Part shown: piece after piece, positions 13,201 through 28,400 of the stretch
How the letters are laid out: every line of letters begins with the position of its first letter
How positions within the stretch are numbered: position 1 is the first letter of the stretch
Assembly (NCBI RefSeq): GCF_009914755.1
Contig: NC_060946.1
Reading direction: 5' to 3' (one strand)
DNA length: 64,000 bases
From: the human T2T-CHM13v2.0 reference genome, Homo sapiens
Notes under the pieces: generated by a model
The model's database searches: none
What the model was told of the DNA's origin: nothing
Seen by the model: only the letters and a program-made list of their open reading frames with translations
Translations under genes and position numbers: made by a program

Positions 13201-16200
13201 TCCCGTTTCCAACGAAATCCTCCAAGCTATCCAAATATCCACTTGTAGATTCCACAGAAAGACTGTTACAAAACTGCTCTGTCAATAGAAAGGTTCAACT
13301 CTGTTAGCTGCGTGCATATATCACAAAGAAGATTCTGAGATTGCTTCTGTCTAGTTTTTATGGGAAGATATTTCCCTTTTCACCGTAGGTGTCAAGGCGC
13401 TCCAAATGTCCACTTCCAGATACTACAAAAAGAGTGTTTCAAACCTACTCTGTGAAAGGGAATATTCAACTCTGTGGCTTGAATGCCGATATCACAAAGA
13501 AGTTTCTGAGAATGCTTCTGTCGAGATTTTATATGAAGATATTCCCGTTTCCAACGAAATCCTGAAATCTATCCAAATATCCCCTCGCAGATTCTACAAA
13601 AAGAGTGTTTCAAAACTGCTCTGAAAAAGAAAGGTTCAACTCTGTTAGTTGAGTACACACATCACAAACAAGTTTCACAGAATGCTTCTTTCTAGCTTGT
13701 AGGGGAAGATATTCCCTTTATCACCATGGGCCTCAAACCGTCCGAAACGTCCACTTCCATATACTACAAAAAGAGCGTTTCAAACCTGCTCTAGGAAAGG
13801 CAATGTTCAACTCTGTGACTTGAATGCAGACATCACAGAGCGGTTTCTGAGAATGCTTCTGTCTAGATTTTATAGGAAGATATTCCCGTTTCCAACGAAA
13901 TCTTCACAGCTATCCCAATATCCACTTGCAGATTCTACAAAAAGAGTGTATCAAAAATGCTCTGTCAAAAGGAAGGTTCTTCTCTGTTAGGTGAGTGCAT
14001 ACGTCATAAAGGAGTTTCTGAGAATGTTTCTGTCTAGTGGTTATGGGAAGATATTTGCTTTTTCACCGTAGGCCTCAGAGCGCTCCAAATATCCACTTGC
14101 ACATACTACAAAAAGAGTGCTTCAAAGCTGCTCTCTGAAACGGAATGTTCAACTCTATGAGTTGAATGCAAACATCACAAAGACGTTTCTGAGAATGCTT
14201 CTGTCTAGATTTGATATGAAGATATTCCCGTTTCGAACGAAATCTTCAAATCTATCCAAATGTCCACTTGCAGATTCAACAAAAAGTGTTTTTCAGAACT
14301 GCTCTATCAAAAGAAAGATCCACCTCTGTTAGCTGAGTTCACACATCACAAACAAGTTTATGAGAATGCTTCTGTCTAGTTTTTATTTGAAGATATTTCC
14401 TTTCTCACCATAGACCTGAAAGCTGTCCTAATGTTCACTTCCAGATACTACAGAAAGAGTGTTTCAAAACTGCTGTACGAAAGGGAATGTTCAACTCTGT
14501 GACTTGAATGCACACATCACAAAGAAGTTTCTGAGGATGCTGCTGTCTACTTTTTATACGTAATCCCGTTTCCAACGAAATCCTCCAAGCTATCCAAATA
14601 TCCACTTGCAGATTCCACAGAAAGACTGTTTCAAAACTGCTCTGTCAATAGAAAGGTTCAACTCTGTTAGCTGCGTGCATATATCCCAAAGAAGATTCTG
14701 AGATTGCTTCTGTCTAGTTTTTATGGGAAGATATTTCCCTTTTCACCGTAGGCGTCAAGGCGCTCCAAATGTCCACTTCCAGATACTACAAAAAGAGTGT
14801 TTCAAACCTACACTGTGAAAGGGAATATTCAACTCTGTGACTTGAATGCACATATCACAAAGAAGTTTCTGAGAATGCTTCTGTCGAGATTTTATATGAA
14901 GATATTCCCGTTTCCAACGAAATCCTGAAATCTATCCAAATATCCCCTCGCAGATTCTACAAAAAGAGTGTTTCAAAACTGCTCTGTAAAAAGAAAGGTT
15001 CAACTCTGTTAGTTGAGTACACACATCACAAACAAGTTTCACAGAATGCTTCTTTCTAGCTTGTAGGGGAAGATATTCCCTTTATCACCATGGGCCTCAA
15101 ACCGTCCGAAACGTCTACTTCCATATACTACAAAAAGAGCGTTTCAAACCTGCTCTATGAAAGGCAATGTTCAACTCTGTGACTTGAATGCAGACATCAC
15201 AGAGCAGTTTCTGAGAATGCTTCTGTCTAGATTTTATAGGAAGATATTCCCGTTTCCAACGAAATCTTCACAGCTATCCAAATATCCACTTGCAGATTCT
15301 ACAAAAGAGTGTATCAAAACTGCTCTGTCAAAAGGAAGGTTCTTCTCTGTTAGGTGAGTGCACACGTCATAAAGGAGTTTCTGAGAATGTTTCTGTCTAG
15401 TGGTTATGGGAAGATATTTGCTTTTTCACCTTAGGCCTCAGAGCGCTCCAAATATCCCCTTGCACATACTACAAAAAGAGTGCTTCAAAGCTGCTCTCTG
15501 AAACGGAATGTTCAACTCTATGAGTTGAATGCAAACATCACAAAGACGTTTCTGAGAATGCTTCTGTCTAGATTTGATATGAAGATATTCCCGTTTCCAA
15601 CGAAATCTTCAAATCTATCCAAATGTCCACTTGCAGATTCAACAAAAAGTGTTTTTCAGAACTGCTCTATCAAAAGAAAGATCCACCTCTGTTAGCTGAG
15701 TTCACACATCACAAACAAGTTTATGAGAATGCTTCTGTCTAGTTTTTATTTGAAGATATTTCCTTTCTCACCATAGACCTGAAAGCTGTCCTAATGTTCA
15801 CTTCCAGATACTACAGAAAGAGTGTTTCAAAACTGCTGTACGAAAGGGAATGTTCAACACTGTGACTTGAATGCACACATCACAAAGAAGTTTCTGAGGA
15901 TGCTGCTGTCTACTTTTTATACGTAATCCCGTTTCCAACGAAATCCTCCAAGCTATCCAAATATCCACTTGCAGATTCCACAGAAAGACTGTTTCAAAAC
16001 TGCTCTGTCAATAGAAAGGTTCAACTCTGTTAGCTGCGTGCATATATCCCAAAGAAGATTCTGAGATTGCTTCTGTCTAGTTTTTATGGGAAGATATTTC
16101 CCTTTTCACCGTAGGCGTCAAGGCGCTCCAAATGTCCACTTCCAGATACTACAAAAAGAGTGTTTCAAACCTACTCTGTGAAAGGGAGTATTCAACTCTG

Positions 16201-19200
16201 TGACTTGAATACACATATCACAAAGAAGTTTCTGAGAATGCTTCTGTCGAGATTTTATATGAAGATATTCCCGTTTCCAACGAAATCCTGAAATCTATCC
16301 AAATATCCCCTCGCAGATTCTACAAAAAGAGTGTTTCAAAACTGCTCTGTAAAAAGAAAGGTTCAACTCTGTTAGTTGAGTACACACATCACAAACAAGT
16401 TTCACAGAATGCTTCTTTCTAGCTTGTAGGGGAAGATATTCCCTTTATCACCATGGGCCTCAAACCGTCCGAAACGTCCACTTCCATATACTACAAAAAG
16501 AGCGTTTCAAACCTGCTCTATGAAAGGCAATGTTCAACTCTGTGACTTGAATGCAGACATCACAGAGCACTTTCTGAGAATGCTTCTGTCTAGATTTTAT
16601 AGGAAGATATTCCCGTTTCCAACGAAATCTTCACAGCTATCCAAATATCCACTTGCAGATTCTACAAAAAGAGTGTATCAAAACTGCTCTGTCAAAAGGA
16701 AGGTTCTTCTCTGTTATTTGAGTGCATACGTCATAAAGGAGTTTCTGAGAATGTTTCTGTCTAGTGGTTATGGGAAGATATTTGCTTTTTCACCGTAGGC
16801 CTCAGAGCGCTCCACATATCCACTTGCACATACTACAAAAAGAGTGCTTCAAAGCTGCTCTCTGAAACGGAATGTTCAACTCTATGAGTTGAATGCAAAC
16901 ATCACAAAGACGTTTCTGAGAATGCTTCTGTCTAGATTTGATATGAAGATATTCCCGTTTCCAACGAAATCTTCAAATCTATCCAAATGTCCACTTGCAG
17001 ATTCAACAAAAAGTGTTTTTCAGAACTGCTCTATCAAAAGAAAGATCCACCTCTGTTAGCTGAGTTCACACATCACAAACAAGTTTATGAGAATGCTTCT
17101 GTCTAGTTTTTATTTGAGGATATTGCCTTTCTCACCATAGACCTGAAAGCTGTCCTAATGTTCACTTCCAGATACTACAGAAAGAGTGTTTCAAAACTGC
17201 TGTACGAAAGGGAATGTTCAACTCTGTGACTTGAATGCACACATCACAAAGAAGTTTCTGAGGATGCTGCTGTCTACTTTTTATACGTAATCCCGTTTCC
17301 AACGAAATCCTCCAAGCTATCCAAATATCCACTTGCAGATTCCACAGAAAGACTGTTTCAAAACTGCTCTGTCAATAGAAAGGTTCAACTCTGTTAGCTG
17401 CGTGCATATATCCCAAAGAAGATTCTGAGATTGCTTCTGTCTAGTTTTTATCGGAAGATATTTCCCTTTTCACCGTAGGTGTCAAGGTGCTCCAAATGTC
17501 CACTTCCAGATACTACAAAAAGAGTGTTTCAAACCTACTCTGTGAAAGGGAATATTCAACTCTGTGACTTGAATGTAGATATCACAAAGAAGTTTCTGAG
17601 AATGCTTCTGTCGAGATTTTATATGAAGATATTCCCGTTTCCAACGAAATCCTGAAATCTATCCAAATATCCCCTCGCAGATTCTACAAAAAGAGTGTTT
17701 CAAAACTGCTCTGTAAAAAGAAAGGTTCAACTCTGTTAGTTGAGTACACACATCACAAACAGGTTTCACAGAATGCTTCTTTCTAGCTTGTAGGGGAAGA
17801 TATTCCCTTTATCACCATGGGCCTCAAACCGTCCGAAACGTCCACTTCCATATACTACAAAAAGAGCGTTTCAAACCTGCTCTATGAAAGGCAATGTTCA
17901 ACTCTGTGACTTGAATGCAGACATCACAGAGCAGTTTCTGAGAATGCTTCTGTCTAGATTTTATAGGAAGATATTCCCGTTTCCAACGAAATCTTCACAG
18001 CTATCCAAATATCCACTTGCAGATTCTACAAAAAGAGTGTATCAAAACTGCTCTGTCAAAAGGAAGGTTCTTCTCTGTTAGGTGAGTGCACACGTCATAA
18101 AGGAGTTTCTGAGAATGTTTCTGTCTAGTGGTCATGGGAAGATATTTGCTTTTTCACCGTAGGCCTCAGAGCGCTCCAAATATCCACTTGCACATAGTAC
18201 AAAAAGAGTGCTTCAAAGCTGCTCTCTGAAAAGGAATGTTCAACTCTATGAGTTGAATGCAAACATCACAAAGACGTTTCTGAGAATGCTTCTGTCTAGA
18301 TTTGATATGAAGATATTCCCGTTTCCAACGAAATCTTTAAATCTATCCAAATGTCCACTTGCAGATTCAACAAAAAGTGTTTTTCAGAACTGCTCTATCA
18401 AAAGAAAGATCCACCTCTGTTAGCTGAGTTCACACATCACAAACAAGTTTATGAGAATGCTTCTGTCTAGTTTTTATTTGAAGATATTTCCTTTCTCACC
18501 ATAGACCTGAAAGCTGTCCTAATGTTCACTTCCAGATACTACAGAAAGAGTGTTTCAAAACTGCTGTACGAAAGGGAATGTTCAACTCTGTGACTTGAAT
18601 GCACACATCACAAAGAAGTTTCTGAGGATGCTGCTGTCTACTTTTTATACGTAATCCTGTTTCCAACGAAATCCTCCAAGCTATCCAAATATCCACTTGC
18701 AGATTCCACAGAAGGACTGTTTCAAAACTGCTGTCAATAGAAAGGTTCAACTCTGTTAGCTGCGTGCATATATCCCAAAGAAGATTCTGAGATTGCTTCT
18801 GTCTAGTTTTTATGGGAAGATATTTCCCTTTTCACCGTAGGTGTCAAGGTGCTCCAAATGTCCAATTCCAGATACTACAAAAAGAGTGTTTCAAACCTAC
18901 TCTGTGAAAGGGAATATTCAACTCTGTGACTTGAATGTAGATATCACAAAGAAGTTTCTGAGAATGCTTCTGTCGAGATTTTATATGAAGATATTCCCGT
19001 TTCGAACGAAATCCTGAAATCTATCCAAATATCCCCTCGCAGATTCTACAAAAAGAGTGTTTCAAAACTGCTCTGTAAAAAGAAAGGTTCAACTCTGTTA
19101 GTTGAGTACACACATCACAAACAGGTTTCACAGAATGCTTCTTTCTAGCTTGTAGGGGAAGATATTCCCTTTATCACCATGGGCCTCAAACCGTCCGAAA

Positions 19201-22200
19201 CGTCCACTTCCATATACTACAAAAAGAGCGTTTCAAACCTGCTCTAGGAAAGGCAATGTTCAACTCTGTGACTTGAATGCAGACATCACAGAGCAGTTTC
19301 TGAGAATGCTTCTGTCTAGATTTTATAGGAAGATATTCCCGTTTCCAACGAAATCTTCACAGCTATCCAAATATCCACTTGCAGATTCTACAAAAAGAGT
19401 GTATCAAAAATGCTCTGTCAAAAGGAAGGTTCTTCTCTGTTAGGTGAGTGCATACGTCATAAAGGAGTTTCTGAGAATGTTTCTGTCTAGTGGTTATGGG
19501 AAGATATTTGCTTTTTCACCGTAGGCCTCAGAGCGCTCCAAATATCCACTTGCACATACTACAAAAAGAGTGCTTCAAAGCTGCTCTCTGAAAAGGAAGG
19601 TTCAACTCTATGAGTTGAATGCAAACATCACAAAGACGTTTCTGAGAATGCTTCTGTCTAGATTTGATATGAAGATATTCCCGTTTCCAACGAAATCTTC
19701 AAATCTATCCAAATGTCCACTTGCAGATTCAACAAAAAGTGTTTTTCAGAGCTGCTCTATCAAAAGAAAGATCCACCTCTGTTAGCTGAGTTCACACATC
19801 ACAAACAAGTTTATGAGAATGCTTCTGTCTAGTTTTTATTTGAAGATATTTCCTTTCTCACCATAGACCTGAAAGCTGTCCTAATGTTCACTTCCAGATA
19901 CTACAGAAAGAGTGTTTCAAAACTGCTGTACGAAAGGGAATGTTCATCTCTGTGACTTGAATGCACACATCATAAAGAAGTTTCTGAGGATGCTGCTGTC
20001 TACTTTTTATACGTAATCCCGTTTCCAACGAAATCCTCCAAGCTATCCAAATATCCACTTGCAGATTCCACAGAAAGACTGTTTCAAAACTGCTCTGTCA
20101 ATAGAAAGGTTCAACTCTGTTAGCTGCGTGCATATATCCCAAAGAAGATTCTGAGATTGCTTCTGTCTAGTTTTTATGGGAAGATATTTCCCTTTTCACC
20201 GTAGGCGTCAAGGCGCTCCAAATGTCCAATTCCAGATACTATAAAAAGAGTGTTTCAAACCTACTCTGTGAAGGGGAATATTCAACTCTGTGACTGGAAT
20301 GCAGATATCACAAAGAAGTTTCTGAGAATGCTTCTGTCGAGATTTAATATGAAGATATTCCCGTTTCCAACGAAATCCTGAAATCTATCCAAATATCCCC
20401 TCGCAGATTCTACAAAAAGAGTGTTTCAAAACTGCTCTGTAAAAAGAAAGGTTCAACTCTGTTAGTTGAGTACACACATCACAAACAAGTTTCACAGAAT
20501 GCTTCTTTCTAGCTTGTAGGGGAAGATATTCCCTTTATCACCATGGTCCTCAAACCGTCCGAAACGTCCTCTTCCATATAGTACAAAAAGAGCGTTTCAA
20601 AACTGCTCTATGAAAGGCAATGTTCAACTCTGTGACTTGAATGCAGACATCACAGAGCAGTTTCTGAGAATGCTTCTGTCTAGATTTTATAGGAAGATAT
20701 TCCCGTTTCCAACGAAATCTTCACAGCTATCCAAATATCCACTTGCAGATTCTACAAAAAGAGTGTATCAAAACTGCTCTGTCAAAAGGAAGGTTCTTCT
20801 CTGTTAGGTGAGTGCACACGTCATAAAGGAGTTTCTGAGAATGTTTCTGTCTAGTGGTTATGGGAAGATATTTGCTTTTTCACCGTAGGCCTCAGAGCGC
20901 TCCAAATATCCACTTGCACATACTACAAAAACAGTGCTTCAAAGCTGCTCTCTGAAACGGAATGTTCAACTCTATGAGTTGAATGCAAACATCTCAAAGA
21001 CGTTTCTGAGAATGCTTCTGTCTAGATTTGATATGAAGATATTCCCGTTTCCAACGAAATCTTCAAATCTATCCAAATGTCCACTTGCAGATTCAACAAA
21101 AAGTGTTTTTCAGAACTGCTCTATCAAAAGAAAGATCCACCTCTGTTAGCTGAGTTCACACATCACAAACAAGTTTATGAGAATGCTTCTGTCTAGTTTT
21201 TATTTGAAGATATTTCCTTTCTCACCATAGACGTGAAAGCTGTCCTAATGTTCACTTCCAGATACTATAGAAAGAGTGTTTCAAAACTGCTGTACGAAAG
21301 GGAATGTTCAACTCTGTGACTTGAATGCACACATCACAAAGAAGTTTCTGAGGATGCTGCTGTCTACTTTTTATACCTAATCCCGTTTCCAACGAAATCC
21401 TCCAAGCTATCCAAATATCCACTTGTAGATTCCACAGAAAGACTGTTACAAAACTGCTCTGTCAATAGAAAGGTTCAACTCTGTTAGCTGCGTGCATATA
21501 TCACAAAGAAGATTCTGAGATTGCTTCTGTCTAGTTTTTATGGGAAGATATTTCCCTTTTCACCGTAGGTGTCAAGGCGCTCCAAATGTCCACTTCCAGA
21601 TACTACAAAAAGAGTGTTTCAAACCTACTCTGTGAAAGGGAATATTCAACTCTGTGGCTTGAATGCCGATATCACAAAGAAGTTTCTGAGAATGCTTCTG
21701 TCGAGATTTTATATGAAGATATTCCCGTTTCCAACGAAATCCTGAAATCTATCCAAATATCCCCTCGCAGATTCTACAAAAAGAGTGTTTCAAAACTGCT
21801 CTGAAAAAGAAAGGTTCAACTCTGTTAGTTGAGTACACACATCACAAACAAGTTTCACAGAATGCTTCTTTCTAGCTTGTAGGGGAAGATATTCCCTTTA
21901 TCACCATGGGCCTCAAACCGTCCGAAACGTCCACTTCCATATACTACAAAAAGAGCGTTTCAAACCTGCTCTAGGAAAGGCAATGTTCAACTCTGTGACT
22001 TGAATGCAGACATCACAGAGCGGTTTCTGAGAATGCTTCTGTCTAGATTTTATAGGAAGATATTCCCGTTTCCAACGAAATCTTCACAGCTATCCAAATA
22101 TCCACTTGCAGATTCTACAAAAAGAGTGTATCAAAACTGCTCTGTCAAAAGGAAGGTTCTTCTCTGTTAGGTGAGTGCATACGTCATAAAGGAGTTTCTG

Positions 22201-22499
22201 AGAATGTTTCTGTCTAGTGGTTATGGGAAGATATTTGCTTTTTCACCGTAGGCCTCAGAGCGCTCCAAATATCCACTTGCACATACTACAAAAAGAGTGC
22301 TTCAAAGCTGCTCTCTGAAACGGAATGTTCAACTCTATGAGTTGAATGCAAACATCACAAAGACGTTTCTGAGAATGCTTCTGTCTAGATTTGATATGAA
22401 GATATTCCCGTTTCGAACGAAATCTTCAAATCTATCCAAATGTCCACTTGCAGATTCAACAAAAAGTGTTTTTCAGAACTGCTCTATCAAAAGAAAGAT

Positions 22500-25400
22500 C
22501 CACCGCTGTTTGCTGAGTTCACACATCACAAACAAGTTTATGAGAATGCTTCTGTCTAGTTTTTATTTGAAGATATTTCCTTTCTCACCATAGACCTGAA
22601 AGCTGTCCTAATGTTCACTTCCAGATACTACAGAAAGAGTGTTTCAAAACTGCTGTACGAAAGGGAATGTTCAACTCTGTGACTTGAATGCACACATCAC
22701 AAAGAAGTTTCTGAGGATGCTGCTGTCTACTTTTTATACGTAATCCCGTTTCCAACGAAATCCTCCAAGCTATCCAAATATCCACTTGCAGATTCCACAG
22801 AAAGACTGTTTCAAAACTGCTCTGTCAATAGAAAGGTTCAACTCTGTTAGCTGCGTGCATATATCCCAAAGAAGATTCTGAGATTCCTTCTGTCTAGTTT
22901 TTAAGGGAAGATATTTCCCTTTTCACCGTAGCGGTCAAGGCGCTCCAAATGTCCACTTCCAGATACTACAAAAAGAGTGTTTCAAACCTACTCTGTGAAA
23001 GGGAATATTCAACTCTGTGACTTGAATGCAGATATCACAAAGAAGTTTCTGAGAATGCTTCTGTCGAGATTTAATATGAAGATATTCCCGTTTCCAAGGA
23101 AATCCTGAAATCTATCCAAATATCCCCTCGCAGATTCTACAAAAAGAGTGTTTCAAAACTGCTCTGTAAAAAGAAAGGTTCAACTCTGTTAGTTGAGTAC
23201 ACACATCACAAACAAGTTTCACAGAATGCTTCTTTCTAGCTTGTAGGGGAAGATATTCCCTTTATCACCATGGGCCTCAAACCGTCCAAAACGTCCACTT
23301 CCATATACTACAAAAAGAGCGTTTCAAACCTGCTCTATGAAAGTCAATGTTCAACTCTGTGACTTCAATGCAGACATCACAGAGCAGTTTCTGAGAATGC
23401 TTCTGTCTAGATTTTATAGGAAGATATTCCCGTTTCCAACGAAATCTTCACAGCTATCCAAATATCCACTTGCAGATTCTACAAAAAGAGTGTATCAAAA
23501 CTGCTCTGTCAAAAGGAAGGTTCTTCTCTGTTAGGTGAGTGCATACGTCATAAAGGAGTTTCTGAGAATGTTTCTGTCTACTGGTTATGGGAAGATATTT
23601 GCTTTTTCACCGTAGGCCTCAGAGCGCTCCAAATATCCACTTGCACATGCTACAAAAAGAGTGCTTCAAAGCTGCTCTCTGAAACGGAATGTTCAACTCT
23701 ATGAGTTGAATGCAAACATCACAAAGACGTTTCTGAGAATGCTTCTGTCTAGATTTGATATGAAGATATTCCCGTTTCCAACGAAATCTTCAAATCTATC
23801 CAAATGTCCACTTGCAGATTCAACAAAAAGTGTTTTTCAGAACTGCTCTATCAAAAGAAAGATCCACCTCTGTTAGCTGAGTTCACACATCACAAACAAG
23901 TTTATGAGAATGCTTCTGTCTAGTTTTTATTTGAAGATATTTCCTTTCTCACCATAGACCTGAAAGCTGTCCTAATGTTCACTTCCAGATACTACAGAAA
24001 GAGTGTTTCAAAACTGCTGTACGAAAGGGAATGTTCAACACTGTGACTTGAATGCACACATCACAAAGAAGTTTCTGAGGATGCTGCTGTCCACTTTTTA
24101 TACGTAATCCCGTTTCCAACGAAATCCTCCAAGCTATCCAAATATCCACTTGCAGATTCCACAGAAAGACTGTTTCAAAACTGCTCTGTCAATAGAAAGG
24201 TTCAACTCTGTTAGCTGCGTGCATATATCCCAAAGAAGATTCTGAGATTACTTCTGTCTAGTTTTTATGGGAAGATATTTCCCTTTTCACCGTAGGCGTC
24301 AAGGCGCTCCAAATGTCCACTTCCAGATACTACAAAAAGAGTGTTTCAAACCTACTCTGTGAAAGGGAGTATTCAACTCTGTGACTTGAATACACATATC
24401 ACAAAGAAGTTTCTGAGAATGCTTCTGTCGAGATTTTATATGAAGATATTCCCGTTTCCAACGAAATCCTGAAATCTATCCAAATATCCCCTCACAGATT
24501 CTACAAAAAGAGTGTTTCAAAACTGCTCTGTAAAAAGAAAGGTTCAACTCTGTTAGTTGAGTACACACATCACAAACAAGTTTCACAGAATGCTTCTTTC
24601 TAGCTTGTAGGGGAAGATATTCCCTTTATCACCATGGGCCTCAAACCGTCCGAAACGTCTACTTACATATACTACAAAAAGAGCGTTTCAAACCTGCTCT
24701 ATGAAAGGCAATGTTCAACTCTGTGACTTGAATGCAGACATCACAGAGCAGTTTCTGAGAATGCTTCTGTCTACATTTTATAGGAAGATATTCCCGTTTC
24801 CAACGAAATCTTCACAGCTATCCAAATATCCACTTGCAGATTCTACAAAAAGAGTGTATCAAAACTGCTCTGTCAAAAGGAAGGTTCTTCTCTGTTAGGT
24901 GAGTGCACACGTCATAAAGGAGTTTCTGAGAATGTTTCTGTCTAGTGGTTATGGGAAGATATTTGCTTTTTCACCGTAGGCCTCAGAGCGCTCCAAATAT
25001 CCTCTTGCACATACTACAAAAAGAGTGCTTCAAAGCTGCTCTCTGAAACGGAATGTTCAACTCTATGAGTTGAATGCAAACATCACAAAGACGTTTCTGA
25101 GAATGCTTCTGTCTAGATTTGATATGAAGATATTCCCGTTTCCAACGAAACCTTCAAAACTATCCAAATGTCCACTTGCAGATTCAACAAAAAGTGTTTT
25201 TCAGAACTGCTCTATCAAAAGAAAGATCCACCGCTGTTTGCTGAGTTCACACATCACAAACAAGTTTATGAGAATGCTTCTGTCTAGTTTTTATTTGAAG
25301 ATATTTCCTTTCTCACCATAGACCTGAAAGCTGTCCTAATGTTCACTTCCAGATACTACAGAAAGAGTGTTTCAAAACTGCTGTACGAAAGGGAATGTTC

Positions 25401-28400
25401 AACTCTGTGACTTGAATGCACACATCACAAAGAAGTTTCTGAGGATGCTGCTGTCTACTTTTTATACGTAATCCCGTTTCCAACGAAATCCTCCAAGCTA
25501 TCCAAATATCCACTTGCAGATTCCACAGAAAGACTGTTTCAAAACTGCTCTGTCAATAGAAAGGTTCAACTCTGTTAGCTGCGTGCATATATCCCAAAGA
25601 AGATTCTGAGATTCCTTCTGTCTAGTTTTTATGGGAAGATATTTCCCTTTTCACCGTAGCGGTCAAGGCGCTCCAAATGTCCACTTCCAGATACTACAAA
25701 AAGAGTGTTTCAAACCTACTCTGTGAAAGGGAATATTAAACTCTGTGACTTGAATGCAGATATCACAAAGAAGTTTCTGAGAATGCTTCTGTCGAGATTT
25801 TATATGAAGATATTCCCGTTTCCAACGAAATCCTGAAATCTATCCAAATATCCCCTCGCAGATTCTACAAAAAGAGTGTTTCAAAACTGCTCTGTAAAAA
25901 GAAAGGTTCAACTCTGTTAGTTGAGTACACACATCACAAACAAGTTTCACAGAATGCTTCTTTCTAGCTTGTAGGGGAAGATATTCCCTTTATCACCATG
26001 GGCCTCAAACCGTCCGAAACGTCCACTTCCATATACTACAAAAAGAGCGTTTCAAACCTGCTCTATGAAAGTCAATGTTGAACTCTGTGACTTGAATGCA
26101 GACATCACAGAGCAGTTTCTGAGAATGCTTCTGTCTAGATTTTATAGGAAGATATTCCCGTTTCCAACGAAATCTTCACAGCTATCCAAATATCCACTTG
26201 CAGATTCTACAAAAAGAGTGTATCAAAACTGCTCTGTCAAAAGGAAGGTTCTTCTCTGTTAGGTGAGTGCATACGTCATAAAGGAGTTTCTGAGAATGTT
26301 TCTGTCTACTGGTTATGGGAAGATATTTGCTTTTTCACCGTAGGCCTCAGAGCGCTCCAAATATCCACTTGCACATGCTACAAAAAGAGTGCTTCAAAGC
26401 TGCTCTCTGAAACGGAATGTTCAACTCTATGAGTTGAATGCAAACATCACAAAGACGTTTCTGAGAATGCTTCTGTCTAGATTTGATATGAAGATATTCC
26501 CGTTTCCAACGAAATCTTCAAATCTATCCAAATGTCCACTTGCAGATTCAACAAAAAGTGTTTTTCAGAACTGCTCTATCAAAAGAAAGATCCACCTCTG
26601 TTAGCTGAGTTCACACATCACAAACAAGTTTATGAGAATGCTTCTGTCTAGTTTTTATTTGAAGATATTTCCTTTCTCACCATAGACCTGAAAGCTGTCC
26701 TAATGTTCACTTCCAGATACTACAGAAAGAGTGTTTCAAAACTGCTGTACGAAAGGGAATGTTCAACACTGTGACTTGAATGCACACATCACAAAGAAGT
26801 TTCTGAGGATGCTGCTGTCCACTTTTTATACGTAATCCCGTTTCCAACGAAATCCTCCAAGCTATCCAAATATCCACTTGCAGATTCCACAGAAAGACTG
26901 TTTCAAAACTGCTCTGTCAATAGAAAGGTTCAACTCTGTTAGCTGCGTGCATATATCCCAAAGAAGATTCTGAGATTACTTCTGTCTAGTTTTTATGGGA
27001 AGATATTTCCCTTTTCACCGTAGGCGTCAAGGCGCTCCAAATGTCCACTTCCAGATACTACAAAAAGAGTGTTTCAAACCTACTCTGTGAAAGGGAGTAT
27101 TCAACTCTGTGACTTGAATACACATATCACAAAGAAGTTTCTGAGAATGCTTCTGTCGAGATTTTATATGAAGATATTCCCGTTTCCAACGAAATCCTGA
27201 AATCTATCCAAATATCCCCTCACAGATTCTACAAAAAGAGTGTTTCAAAACTGCTCTGTAAAAAGAAAGGTTCAACTCTGTTAGTTGAGTACACACATCA
27301 CAAACAAGTTTCACAGAATGCTTCTTTCTAGCTTGTAGGGGAAGATATTCCCTTTATCACCATGGGCCTCAAACCGTCCGAAACGTCTACTTACATATAC
27401 TACAAAAAGAGCGTTTCAAACCTGCTCTATGAAAGGCAATGTTCAACTCTGTGACTTGAATGCAGACATCACAGAGCAGTTTCTGAGAATGCTTCTGTCT
27501 ACATTTTATAGGAAGATATTCCCGTTTCCAACGAAATCTTCACAGCTATCCAAATATCCACTTGCAGATTCTACAAAAAGAGTGTATCAAAACTGCTCTG
27601 TCAAAAGGAAGGTTCTTCTCTGTTAGGTGAGTGCACACGTCATAAAGGAGTTTCTGAGAATGTTTCTGTCTAGTGGTTATGGGAAGATATTTGCTTTTTC
27701 ACCGTAGGCCTCAGAGCGCTCCAAATATCCTCTTGCACATACTACAAAAAGAGTGCTTCAAAGCTGCTCTCTGAAACGGAATGTTCAACTCTATGAGTTG
27801 AATGCAAACATCACAAAGACGTTTCTGAGAATGCTTCTGTCTAGATTTGATATGAAGATATTCCCGTTTCCAACGAAACCTTCAAAACTATCCAAATGTC
27901 CACTTGCAGATTCAACAAAAAGTGTTTTTCAGAACTGCTCTATCAAAAGAAAGATCCACCGCTGTTTGCTGAGTTCACACATCACAAACAAGTTTATGAG
28001 AATGCTTCTGTCTAGTTTTTATTTGAAGATATTTCCTTTCTCACCATAGACCTGAAAGCTGTCCTAATGTTCACTTCCAGATACTACAGAAAGAGTGTTT
28101 CAAAACTGCTGTACGAAAGGGAATGTTCAACTCTGTGACTTGAATGCACACATCACAAAGAAGTTTCTGAGGATGCTGCTGTCTACTTTTTATACGTAAT
28201 CCCGTTTCCAACGAAATCCTCCAAGCTATCCAAATATCCACTTGCAGATTCCACAGAAAGACTGTTTCAAAACTGCTCTGTCAATAGAAAGGTTCAACTC
28301 TGTTAGCTGCGTGCATATATCCCAAAGAAGATTCTGAGATTCCTTCTGTCTAGTTTTTATGGGAAGATATTTCCCTTTTCACCGTAGCGGTCAAGGCGCT

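Noticed and set aside
14226-14242. Variant box tcccgtttcgaacgaaa (also ~18995 and 22406) as a disrupted CENP-B box
   Set aside because: The change falls in a degenerate N position of NTTCGNNNNANNCGGGN, so the core is intact, although it adds a CpG.
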